Assembly (NCBI GenBank): GCA_038230375.1
Contig: JBBRNJ010000092.1
Coordinates: 1-32,250 of the forward strand
Length of the DNA: 32,250 bases
Reading direction: 5' to 3'
Origin: Polyangiales bacterium
Lineage (GTDB): Bacteria > Myxococcota_A > Polyangia > Polyangiales > Polyangiaceae
Shown here: positions 1 through 7,994 of the stretch, piece by piece
How positions within the stretch are numbered: the first letter of the stretch is position 1
Layout: each line of letters begins with the position of its first letter
The notes under the pieces: model-generated
Told to the model about the DNA's origin: nothing
Seen by the model: only the letters and a program-made list of their open reading frames with translations
The model's database searches: none
Position numbers and translations under genes: made by a program

Positions 1-762
1 GCCGAGACCGTGAATCCCAATCATCACGATATCGGTCTCATCTTCCTCAGCACCGATATCGCACTATCTTCCTACCCCGTCCTCGCGCAGAGCCCACTCG
101 CCAGTGGCGCTTCCATCGTCAACATCGGACGCATCAACAACGGCACGCTCTCCACCACGAACCTCTACGTGAGCAAGTCGACCCCGGTGACCTCCGGCGC
201 GTCGTCGGGCTTCCCGTACGACTACGCGGCGGCCGAGATCATCCAGTCGGGCGACTCCGGCGGGCCTGACGAGGTCCCCGGCTCGAGCCCCCACAAGATC
301 GTCGCCGTGAACTCCGGCGCGGGCGGCAACTCCGAGGTCCTCGCGCGCGTCGATCTCCTCTCGAGCTGGATCTCCGGACAGATCGCCTCGCACGGCGGCA
401 GCGGAAGCTCAGGTGGAAGTGGAAGTGGAAGTGGAAGTGGAGGTGGAGGTGGTGCTTGTGTTGGCGGCGGCGCGGATTACCAGCATCCGGTCGCGCTCAC
501 TGCCTCGTCGTGCGGAAGCCTCGCAGCGGGCGGCCAGCAGTGGTTCTCGTTCTCCGCGACGTCGGGCGCGGCGTACGATCTCGAGATCGCTTCCGGCGGC
601 GACGCACAGATCGAGATGTGGAAGCAGACCACCAGCGGCTACTCACAGGTGGCCAACACCACGGGCACGAGCATCGCGCACACGTCCACCGGCGGCAGCT
701 ACGTCGTCGTCGTCTATTCGCCCGGCAGCGCCGCGCAGTCGTACACGATCACGCGGAAGTGA
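1..762 (+). CDS. Trypsin-like (S1) serine protease with Gly/Ser linker and C-terminal PPC-like beta-sandwich; 5'-partial
   Basis: Catalytic Ser motif GDSGGP and Asp motif HDIGLI. Frame is open from base 1, so the catalytic His lies upstream. C-terminal QWFSF...YDLEI...YVVVVY...YTIT pattern is typical of PPC domains. Confidence 0.85.
   Translation, partial: AETVNPNHHDIGLIFLSTDIALSSYPVLAQSPLASGASIVNIGRINNGTLSTTNLYVSKSTPVTSGASSGFPYDYAAAEIIQSGDSGGPDEVPGSSPHKIVAVNSGAGGNSEVLARVDLLSSWISGQIASHGGSGSSGGSGSGSGSGGGGGACVGGGADYQHPVALTASSCGSLAAGGQQWFSFSATSGAAYDLEIASGGDAQIEMWKQTTSGYSQVANTTGTSIAHTSTGGSYVVVVYSPGSAAQSYTITRK
413..454 (+). repeat. (GTGGAA)4(GTGGAG)2 GTGGTG hexamer run encoding the GSGSGSGSGGGG linker
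   Basis: Read directly. Uses GGA/AGT/GGT codons, unlike the C-ending codons of the rest of the gene. Confidence 0.9.
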
Positions 763-766
763 GCGC

Positions 767-1093
767 TCAGTCCCGGCCGTAGCCGCCGTCATTGCGTGCC
801 AGGGCGGCGAGCTCGGACGCGGACGGCGGCTGGCTGTCCACGCTCACGTGCGTCGCCGAGACGGGCTCGCTGGTCTCCTGCGCGCGGCCCCCGTTCGCCC
901 CGTTCGCGATGCCGAAGCCCAGGACCAGCACTGCTCCGCACGCCGTCGCCACCGTGTAGCGCGTGGCCTTGCTGCGCGCGCGCGTGGCACGCGTGGTGAG
1001 CGCCTGCGAGAGCACACGCTCCGAGCGCGCTGCATCCCACGGGGCCTGGCGGTCGCGTGCCGCTGCAAGGAGTTCGTCGAGTGAATTGCTCAT
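767..1093 (-). CDS. Short single-TM putative anti-sigma factor
   Basis: ATGA overlap with the ECF sigma stop. Basic N-terminus (WDAARSERVL), one hydrophobic helix (TVATACGAVLVLGFGIA), short low-complexity tail. Confidence 0.65.
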   Translation of the reverse strand: MSNSLDELLAAARDRQAPWDAARSERVLSQALTTRATRARSKATRYTVATACGAVLVLGFGIANGANGGRAQETSEPVSATHVSVDSQPPSASELAALARNDGGYGRD

Positions 1094-1662
1094 GGGGCAA
1101 GCCTCCGGGTGATGCGCTCTTCGGCCTCTGCGATGCGACGCTTCACCGTTGCCAGCGATACCTCGCAGGCCGCCGCCGTCTCGGGCAGGGACAGATGCTC
1201 CACGCGATGGAGCGTGAACGGGATGCGCAGATCCGCAGGCAGCTTCGCCATCGCGTCATACAGGAAGTCCGCCGGCTCGCTGTCGCGTGGGTCGGACGAG
1301 GTGGCGCTCTGGTCACGCAGCAGCAGACCAAAGAACGCGCGTCGGCGGCGCTTGCCGATCACGCGGCGCGTCCGTCGCACCGCGACCGTGACGAGCCAGG
1401 CGCGCAGGGCGCGGGGCTCCTCCACGCTGCCGATGCCGGAGAGCGCGTCGATGAACGTCTCCTGCACGATGTCATCCAGGTCGCCGTCGTTGCCGAGGAT
1501 GCGATACACGACGCCTGCGACGTAGCGAGCATGCGCGGCGTACAGCTCGCTGAACGCCTGCTTGTCGCCGCTGCGCGCCCTCATGAACAGCGCCGTGAGG
1601 AGCCCATCGCGGCTCTCGCTGGTCGGGGCCGCCATGGCCGGGCTGTACGCGATGATCGTCAT
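1090..1662 (-). CDS. ECF (sigma-70 group 4) RNA polymerase sigma factor
   Basis: Region 2 (GDKQAFSELY, DDIVQETF, AWLVTVAV) and region 4 HTH (LSLPETAAACEVSLATVKRRI). Start uncertain (1662, 1635 or 1710). Confidence 0.92.
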   Translation of the reverse strand: MTIIAYSPAMAAPTSESRDGLLTALFMRARSGDKQAFSELYAAHARYVAGVVYRILGNDGDLDDIVQETFIDALSGIGSVEEPRALRAWLVTVAVRRTRRVIGKRRRRAFFGLLLRDQSATSSDPRDSEPADFLYDAMAKLPADLRIPFTLHRVEHLSLPETAAACEVSLATVKRRIAEAEERITRRLAP

Positions 1663-1752
1663 CTCCCCCTGTAAGTAGCAACGAGCCCCTGCATCCGGCT
1701 CAAAAAACATTCGCGAGCCGATTTTGTTCCCGCGCGGCCACCTTCAGGCCTG

Positions 1753-4059
1753 ATGAGAGAGCTTCGACTTCCGCGATCGCCCCTGATTTCCAGGGTACGG
1801 CGCGTCATGCCCAGCCTGGCGGTCCTGCTGTTCGCGGCCCTCGGGTTCCTCGGATTGCTGGAGATCGTGGGGCCGTGTGTGTGGGATCCCGTGGAGCTGG
1901 ACCTGGCCGAGCTCGCGCGGGACCAGCAAACACCCCCGCCGGAGCTCGCGTTCGCGGCGCGGGCGGTGAGGGGCGCGTTCCGCGTGCTCGGGGTGTCGGC
2001 GTGGGCGGGGCGGTTGCCGATGCTCGTGATGTCGCTCATGGGCGCCGTCGCCGCGTTCATGTTCGCGCGCCGGTTCGGTGCGAAGCGCGCGAGCTACTTC
2101 GTGCTGCTGGTCCTTGCGACCGCTCCGGCGTATGCGCTGCCGTCGCGCGTGATCGGCGCGCAGATCGTCCCTGTCGCCGCGTCGCTCGTTGCGTTCGCGG
2201 CGCTGGCCGTGGCCACGTTCGGGGCGGAGCTGGGCGGCGTGCGCCGCGGCGGGTTCTTCGCGCTCGCGCTCCTTTCGGCGCTGGTATGCGCGTCTTCGCG
2301 CGGTGTCGCTGTGGGCGTTGGTATCCCTGCAGCGGCGGTGAGCCTGGGCGCGCTGATCCACTCGCGGGACGCGCGCGATGTGCACGGTCGATTCGTGAAG
2401 CGCCGCGGAGCCGTGCTGGCGGTGCTCGCGGCCGGCACCATCATCGTGTCGGTCGTATGCGCGCTTTGGACGAACGCGCCGCACGGGCTCGCCGCCACCA
2501 TGCTCGGCCCGCAGCACGCAGCGCACAAGCCACCGTCGTTCGAGGCCGCGTGGGCGCTGCTCGGCACGTCGCTCTTTCCGTGGAGCGCGGTGCTGCCGCT
2601 CGCGCTCGCGGGTCTCTCACGTCGCGCGCCTCGTGGGGCTGCCGTCTCCGATCACGAAGCACGTCCAGGTGCGCGAACCGCGCTCGCGGCGTGGTTGGTG
2701 CTCGCGCTCTTCGCCCATGGCGCGCTGGCGCAGCGGGACGAGACCGCGCCGTTCGTCGCCGTGGGTGGCGTGGGGCTCGCGCTCGGCATGGCGCTGGCGG
2801 AGCTCGACGCGCGAACGCTGCTGCCCTGGTCGGGGCGCGTGCTCTCCGTGCTGACGCTGGCAGTGGTCGCGTACCTTGCGTGCGACGAGGTGACGCGCGC
2901 GCCCGCGAAGGCGCTGCTCGCGGTCACCACGCATCCGCTCGCGCCCTTCGGCGCAGCGATGGAGAAGGACGTGACACGTGCGTTCCGGGTCGCCGCGGCC
3001 GTTCTGGTCGGGCTCGCGCTCGTGCCCACGCTCGCCACGGCGCTCGGGGACATGGCCGTGCTCCGCGTCAGGAAGCGTGCGCTGGTCCCGGCGTCCCTGG
3101 TTCCGCTACTCAGAAACGCGGCGTCGCGACCGGGCACGGTCCTGCTCGCGGGCGGGCTCGTTGCCGGTCTCGTGCTCCGCGTGGGCCTCTTCCCGCAGAT
3201 GCTCCGTGCGTTCGCGCCCGACACGGCGCTCTCCGTGTTCGCGGCGAAGGCCCGCCCAGGCGAGCGCCTTGGGCTCTTCGGCGTGAGCCAGCGCACGCTT
3301 GCATATGTGCATGATGCACCTACTTCCACGCTGAAGATCGGCAACGCAAAGGAGGCAGTCTCACTCCTCACGCCGGTGGTGCTGCCCGTGGCCGCGGAGG
3401 AGGCCGGGCCCGCGCAGCCGCCGCGCGACTTCGTGGCGCTCACGCAGAAGGATCTACCCGCCGTGAACGCGCTCTATCGCAAGGAGCACGGTCGGAACCT
3501 TCCAATCCTCGGTGGCAAAGGCGCGACCGGCGGCGGACGTGACACCGTGCTGCTCGCCGCGAGCGTGCTCCTGCCCGGCGAGAGCAACACGAACCCCATC
3601 GCGATCTTCCTCAAGGACCAGGACCCCGTGCTGCAGCGGCCGCTCGCGGCGGACCTCGGCGGAAGGCTCGAGACGCTGGGCTGGGAGCTCACAGGGGACG
3701 ACGACGTCCGGATCGGGCACGTTCCGCCGCGCGGCTCCTTCCACGTGAAGATCGCGATGCGCGTGACGGAGCCGCCTGGCGCTGGCTACTGCACGTTCAT
3801 CCACCTGGAGCACACGCCCACCCGTATGACCGCCGAGCACAAGGAGTTCGCCGTGTATCCGATGACCCTCTGGCAACGAGGCGACATCGTCGTCGACGAC
3901 TTCGCGCTCACGCTGTCACCGCAGTTCGGCGCGGGTCACTACACCCTCTACTACGGTGTCGGGCAGCTCCCCTGCGAGGACGACAAGCGACTCGCCGTGA
4001 CGCGCGGCCCCTCCGACGGACACGATCGCGTGCGCGCCGGCGACGTGGAGGTCCGATGA
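1753..4059 (+). CDS. ArnT/PMT-like (GT-C fold) multi-pass glycosyltransferase with C-terminal soluble beta-rich domain
   Basis: WDPVE acidic loop after TM1, WAGRLP motif, many TM segments, FPWS motif, C-terminal FIHL...YPMTLWQRGDIVVD...YTLYYG domain. Confidence 0.7.
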   Translation: MRELRLPRSPLISRVRRVMPSLAVLLFAALGFLGLLEIVGPCVWDPVELDLAELARDQQTPPPELAFAARAVRGAFRVLGVSAWAGRLPMLVMSLMGAVAAFMFARRFGAKRASYFVLLVLATAPAYALPSRVIGAQIVPVAASLVAFAALAVATFGAELGGVRRGGFFALALLSALVCASSRGVAVGVGIPAAAVSLGALIHSRDARDVHGRFVKRRGAVLAVLAAGTIIVSVVCALWTNAPHGLAATMLGPQHAAHKPPSFEAAWALLGTSLFPWSAVLPLALAGLSRRAPRGAAVSDHEARPGARTALAAWLVLALFAHGALAQRDETAPFVAVGGVGLALGMALAELDARTLLPWSGRVLSVLTLAVVAYLACDEVTRAPAKALLAVTTHPLAPFGAAMEKDVTRAFRVAAAVLVGLALVPTLATALGDMAVLRVRKRALVPASLVPLLRNAASRPGTVLLAGGLVAGLVLRVGLFPQMLRAFAPDTALSVFAAKARPGERLGLFGVSQRTLAYVHDAPTSTLKIGNAKEAVSLLTPVVLPVAAEEAGPAQPPRDFVALTQKDLPAVNALYRKEHGRNLPILGGKGATGGGRDTVLLAASVLLPGESNTNPIAIFLKDQDPVLQRPLAADLGGRLETLGWELTGDDDVRIGHVPPRGSFHVKIAMRVTEPPGAGYCTFIHLEHTPTRMTAEHKEFAVYPMTLWQRGDIVVDDFALTLSPQFGAGHYTLYYGVGQLPCEDDKRLAVTRGPSDGHDRVRAGDVEVR

Positions 4060-6344
4060 GCACGCAAGCAAACGGGAAGGGGTCGCTGGGTAAAGCGCAG
4101 GTCGCGTTCGTTGCGAGCATCGTCCTCGTGTTCGTGCTCCTGCGCCTGGCCGTGAGCGGCGCGCTACCTGCGCTCGCCGCGGGCCTCTTGTTGCCGCTGT
4201 CGGTGACCGCGATGATCGCGGCCGCGTTCGCCTCGGTGAGGACGCAAGGCAGCCGCCCGCTCCTGCGAAGGCACGGCTTCTGGGTGGTGACGGCCGCCAC
4301 ATGGCTCCTCTTGCCGCGCCTTGGCTCGTTCGGTCTCACGGATCCGTGGGAGACGCACTACGCAGAGGTCGCGCGCGAGATGATCGCGCGACACGACTTC
4401 ATCTCGCCGTGGTGGGCGCACGACGGCCTCTTCACATCCAAGCCGGTCCTCATCTTCTGGATGGAGGCGATCAGCATGCTCGCGCTCGGCGTGCAGGTCG
4501 GGCCCGATCGCGTGCTCGCGGGCGGCGCGAACCTGGCGCACCCAGAGTGGGCCGTGCGTCTGCCCGCGTTCGTGTTCGCGGTTCTTGGCGCATACTTCCT
4601 CTACAAGGGAGTGGCGCGGACGTGCGGTCGTCGCGGTGGTCTGCTCTCGGGCCTCGCGCTGCTCGCGAGCCCGGGATATGCGCTCGTCGCGCACCAGGCG
4701 ATCACGGACATGCCGCTGGTGGGCGCGATGTCCGCCGCGATGGGGCTCTTGCTCGTCGCGCTGTCGGCGAAGGACGACGAGGTGCTCACCGCGACGCCGC
4801 TCGGCTTCGGAGTCACTGCGCACGCAGGGCGCGCGCTGGCGCTCCTCTTCGCGTCGCTGCTTCTTCCGCAGCTCTGCTACCTGCTCACGCGGCAGTTCGT
4901 CGTGGATGGCGGCGGTGTTCACTTCGTACGCGATCATTTCATGCTGGGCTCGCCCTTGAACTGCACGCTGCCGGGTCAGCCCGCGTGCACGCGGGGTGTG
5001 ATTGCACATCCGATGCTGTCGCCCACGGTGAACGCGCTCATGTGGGTCCCCCTGCTTGCGTTCGTGATGATGCAGCTGTGGAACGAGACCAAGGTGGCGA
5101 AGCTCTGCGCGCACGCCGCGTTCATGTTCGCCGCCCTCGCGACCATGGCGAAGGGCCCCGCGGGCATCGCCATCCCGATCGGCACGCTGGTCGCGTATGC
5201 CGTGGCGACGCGAGCGTTCGCGAAGAGCGCGCGGCTACCGTGGTTCACGGGCGCGGCGATCCTCTGCGCGCTCACGCTGCCATGGTACCTGGCCGTGTAC
5301 GCGCGGCACGGAAAGCCGTTCACCGACGACCTGGTCTTCCACCACATGCTCGGTCGCACAATGGAGCACCTTCACGACACGAACGACGGCGAGGACACCG
5401 GCATGCGCTACTACGTGTGGCAGCTGGGCTATGCGCTCTTCCCGTGGTCGGGGCTCGCGCTCGCCGGATTCCTGGGTGCGCTGCGGGGCGGGGCAGGCGC
5501 GCGCGCGCGAACGAAGGTGTTCCTTGCGCTGTGGGCGCTGGTGTCGTTCGGGTTGGTGTCCGCGATGCACACCAGGTTTCACCACTACATGCTGCCCGCG
5601 GTGCCGCCGCTGGCAGCGCTTGCGGGGCTCTTCGTGGACGAGATCCTGCCGCGCCGCAAGCTGGAGACCGTGCGCGACGGCTCGCCGGGGCGCGCTCGGA
5701 TCTTCGCCCCGAAGATCATGGCGCTGCTGGGCGCGCTCTTCGTCACCGCGCTGATCGCGAAGGACTTCGTGTCGGACACCGGAGGGCGCGACGTGTCAGG
5801 CCAGGCGCACCTGATGCAGCTCTTCACGTACCGCTACGATCGCGCGTGGCCGGAGGGGCTGCACTTCGGGCCCGTGTTCGTGGTGCTGGCGGCGCTGGCG
5901 TGCGCATGCTTCGTGGGCCTGTGCCTCGCGCGGGCGCGGCGTGTAGCGGCGGTGGGCCTGTTCGGCGTTGCGCTGTCCTTCGCGGCCTTCGCGGTGGACG
6001 TGTACCTGCCGGCGAGCGCCCCGCACTGGGGTCAGCGCCCGTTGCTGGATGCATTCTACACGCATCGCGGCGCCAGCGGCCCTGAGCTGGTCGCGTACCA
6101 GATGAACTGGAAGGGAGAGAACTTCTACACGGGCAACCGCGTGGCCATCTTCGTGCAGAGCGGCGCGCCGATGAAGACCTATATCGACAAGCGCCGCGCC
6201 CGCGGGGAAGGGGAGCTCTATTTCGTGACGGAGCACGACCGCATCGGCTCGCTGAGGGCCGAGTTAGGCGCGGTGCAAAAGTTCGAGGAGCTGACGGACA
6301 AGGCAGCGGACCGGCAGTTCTGCCTGGTGCACGCGGTGCTATAG
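4056..6344 (+). CDS. ArnT-family (GT83/PMT_2-like) glycosyltransferase
   Basis: DPWETHYAEVAREM, SKPVLIFW, WAVRLP, TDMP, MAKGPAG, PWY, FPWS and HHYMLPAVPP motifs. ATGA overlap with the upstream gene. Confidence 0.88.
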   Translation: MSTQANGKGSLGKAQVAFVASIVLVFVLLRLAVSGALPALAAGLLLPLSVTAMIAAAFASVRTQGSRPLLRRHGFWVVTAATWLLLPRLGSFGLTDPWETHYAEVAREMIARHDFISPWWAHDGLFTSKPVLIFWMEAISMLALGVQVGPDRVLAGGANLAHPEWAVRLPAFVFAVLGAYFLYKGVARTCGRRGGLLSGLALLASPGYALVAHQAITDMPLVGAMSAAMGLLLVALSAKDDEVLTATPLGFGVTAHAGRALALLFASLLLPQLCYLLTRQFVVDGGGVHFVRDHFMLGSPLNCTLPGQPACTRGVIAHPMLSPTVNALMWVPLLAFVMMQLWNETKVAKLCAHAAFMFAALATMAKGPAGIAIPIGTLVAYAVATRAFAKSARLPWFTGAAILCALTLPWYLAVYARHGKPFTDDLVFHHMLGRTMEHLHDTNDGEDTGMRYYVWQLGYALFPWSGLALAGFLGALRGGAGARARTKVFLALWALVSFGLVSAMHTRFHHYMLPAVPPLAALAGLFVDEILPRRKLETVRDGSPGRARIFAPKIMALLGALFVTALIAKDFVSDTGGRDVSGQAHLMQLFTYRYDRAWPEGLHFGPVFVVLAALACACFVGLCLARARRVAAVGLFGVALSFAAFAVDVYLPASAPHWGQRPLLDAFYTHRGASGPELVAYQMNWKGENFYTGNRVAIFVQSGAPMKTYIDKRRARGEGELYFVTEHDRIGSLRAELGAVQKFEELTDKAADRQFCLVHAVL

Positions 6345-6377
6345 GCGCGCCACGCGCTGACCGGTCCGATGCCTTCG

Positions 6378-6416
6378 CGCGACAACGTTGTCGCGTGGCG
6401 CGACAATATTGTCGCG
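6378..6416. promoter_or_regulatory. Tandem pair of perfect 18-bp palindromes (putative double operator)
   Basis: CGCGACAACGTTGTCGCG (6378-6395) and CGCGACAATATTGTCGCG (6399-6416), 21-bp period, intergenic. Confidence 0.65.
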
Positions 6417-6584
6417 TCGGCGGGGGTCAGATCAGAAGGAGCGGTGCTACCGCGCGCGCCGTACCTGACGCGCGATGCGATGCGCATCGTTGGCCGTACG
6501 TGGCGCTCGCGTTTCTGCTTGGCCGCGCTCTACGTCGCCCATAGCATCCGTTTGCATGTTTGAAGTCTCGCGCGGTGAGGACCC

Positions 6585-7892
6585 ATGAGCTGGGGATATC
6601 TCGTGCATCTGGATCTCGAGCTTCCCGAGGCGGCGTGGGCGGACGTGGCTGCCTCCGCTCTGCCGGTAACTCCATGGCCGGTCTCCAATGTCTCCGACTA
6701 CTTCGTGCCACGACGGTGGGGTGGTGACACCGTGGGTACCCTCCTCGCCCGCACGTGGAGCTCTGACCATGCCTCCTCGGCTCACGCCGTGACGCGGGGA
6801 CAGAAGAGCGGTCGCACGACGATCGGGTTGATGGTTCACGTCGATCGCGCGAATGATCTGATCTACGAGGTCGGCACGTTGCCCGGCGTTCTTGCCACCG
6901 TGGCGCGCGCGGGCGGCAGCGGCTCGCTCGTCGTCGTGAGCGACGGCTCCGGTGACGGCCCGAGCTGGAAGTGGAGCATGAACGGCACCGCGATCAAGTG
7001 TTCGACGCTGAGCGCAGCGCAGGAACAGAAGCTTGTCGCCGAGCTGCTCCTCCGGATGGGCCCCGCCGAGCCAACGAGGGCTCCGGCAGAGAAGCCAAAG
7101 CCGGCAGGCCCGTTTGCGCGTCGTCCAGTGCACTTCGAGGTTGCGTATCGCGCGAGCGAGAAGCCGCAGACACTCGACATCGAGATCTCCTATGCACGTC
7201 CGCCGCTCGTGGGCATGGCCGCGGCTCAGATGCGTCAGATCGTGACGCACATCACCATGGGCGCGACGGGCGGCGCAGAGTTCGCTCCCAGGCACAGCAG
7301 CGGAAGACTGCTGTCGGGTCCCATCGATCCCGCGAAGAGCGGCGTCGACAAGAAGGACTTCCACTGGAAGCTCGACGTCCGCGGCATGTCACCCTTCTAC
7401 GTGCGCCACATCGTCGCGCGCATGAAGCTCACGAGCAACGAGCCCGCAACGTCGATGGTGATCCGCGGCGCGCTGCCAGTGGACGACAGCGCGGCGGCGG
7501 TGCGAACAGAGACGATCGACGCGTGGATGCTGGACGATACCGCCTGGACGAAGGCGTGTCCGGACCCGGGATTCGCGATCAAGGACGTGGACGTGGCGAA
7601 GGGGATGAAGGTCCGACTCACCTCCGCGCGACCTCCAACAGACGACATGAACCGCGCATTCGCCTCGCTCCTCATGCAATGGTCGGACGCGTGCGCCTTC
7701 ATGCCCAAGGGCACTGGGCCGTTCGGAATGAACCCGCCCAAGCCAGGCAAGAGCAAGACGGGATTCTCTGCCGCCTCGACCGGGTTCGAGCTCGCGCGAA
7801 AACCTCCGCGCGATCAGCTCGTGAACTTTCTCATCCACTTCCACGACACCGTGTGTCCGCTCGTCTCTGCGGAGCTAGCATTCCCCGGCTGA
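6585..7892 (+). CDS. Hypothetical cytoplasmic protein, probably two domains joined by a Pro/Ala/Lys linker
   Basis: 435-aa ORF with protein-like composition, GAGG Shine-Dalgarno, no signal peptide. No family recognised. Confidence 0.75.
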   Translation: MSWGYLVHLDLELPEAAWADVAASALPVTPWPVSNVSDYFVPRRWGGDTVGTLLARTWSSDHASSAHAVTRGQKSGRTTIGLMVHVDRANDLIYEVGTLPGVLATVARAGGSGSLVVVSDGSGDGPSWKWSMNGTAIKCSTLSAAQEQKLVAELLLRMGPAEPTRAPAEKPKPAGPFARRPVHFEVAYRASEKPQTLDIEISYARPPLVGMAAAQMRQIVTHITMGATGGAEFAPRHSSGRLLSGPIDPAKSGVDKKDFHWKLDVRGMSPFYVRHIVARMKLTSNEPATSMVIRGALPVDDSAAAVRTETIDAWMLDDTAWTKACPDPGFAIKDVDVAKGMKVRLTSARPPTDDMNRAFASLLMQWSDACAFMPKGTGPFGMNPPKPGKSKTGFSAASTGFELARKPPRDQLVNFLIHFHDTVCPLVSAELAFPG

Positions 7893-7994
7893 GCCGGAAT
7901 TGGGCTCGATTTGCCCACGTTCCATTCAGGGGAAGACGTTGAAAAAATCTCGACCCTGGTGACGAAACGAGCGGGGAGCTGACAAGCACCGTTC

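Noticed and set aside
1670..1720. GATGCAGG shared between the ECF upstream region (minus) and 20890 (plus) as an ECF promoter, plus a CGGCTC/GAGCCG hairpin
   Set aside because: No matching -10 element between the two sites. A 6-bp GC stem with a 13-nt loop is expected by chance.
4056..6344. Assigning the symbol arnT (lipid A L-Ara4N transferase)
   Set aside because: Family motifs fit, but no arn biosynthesis genes are nearby and the substrate cannot be inferred.
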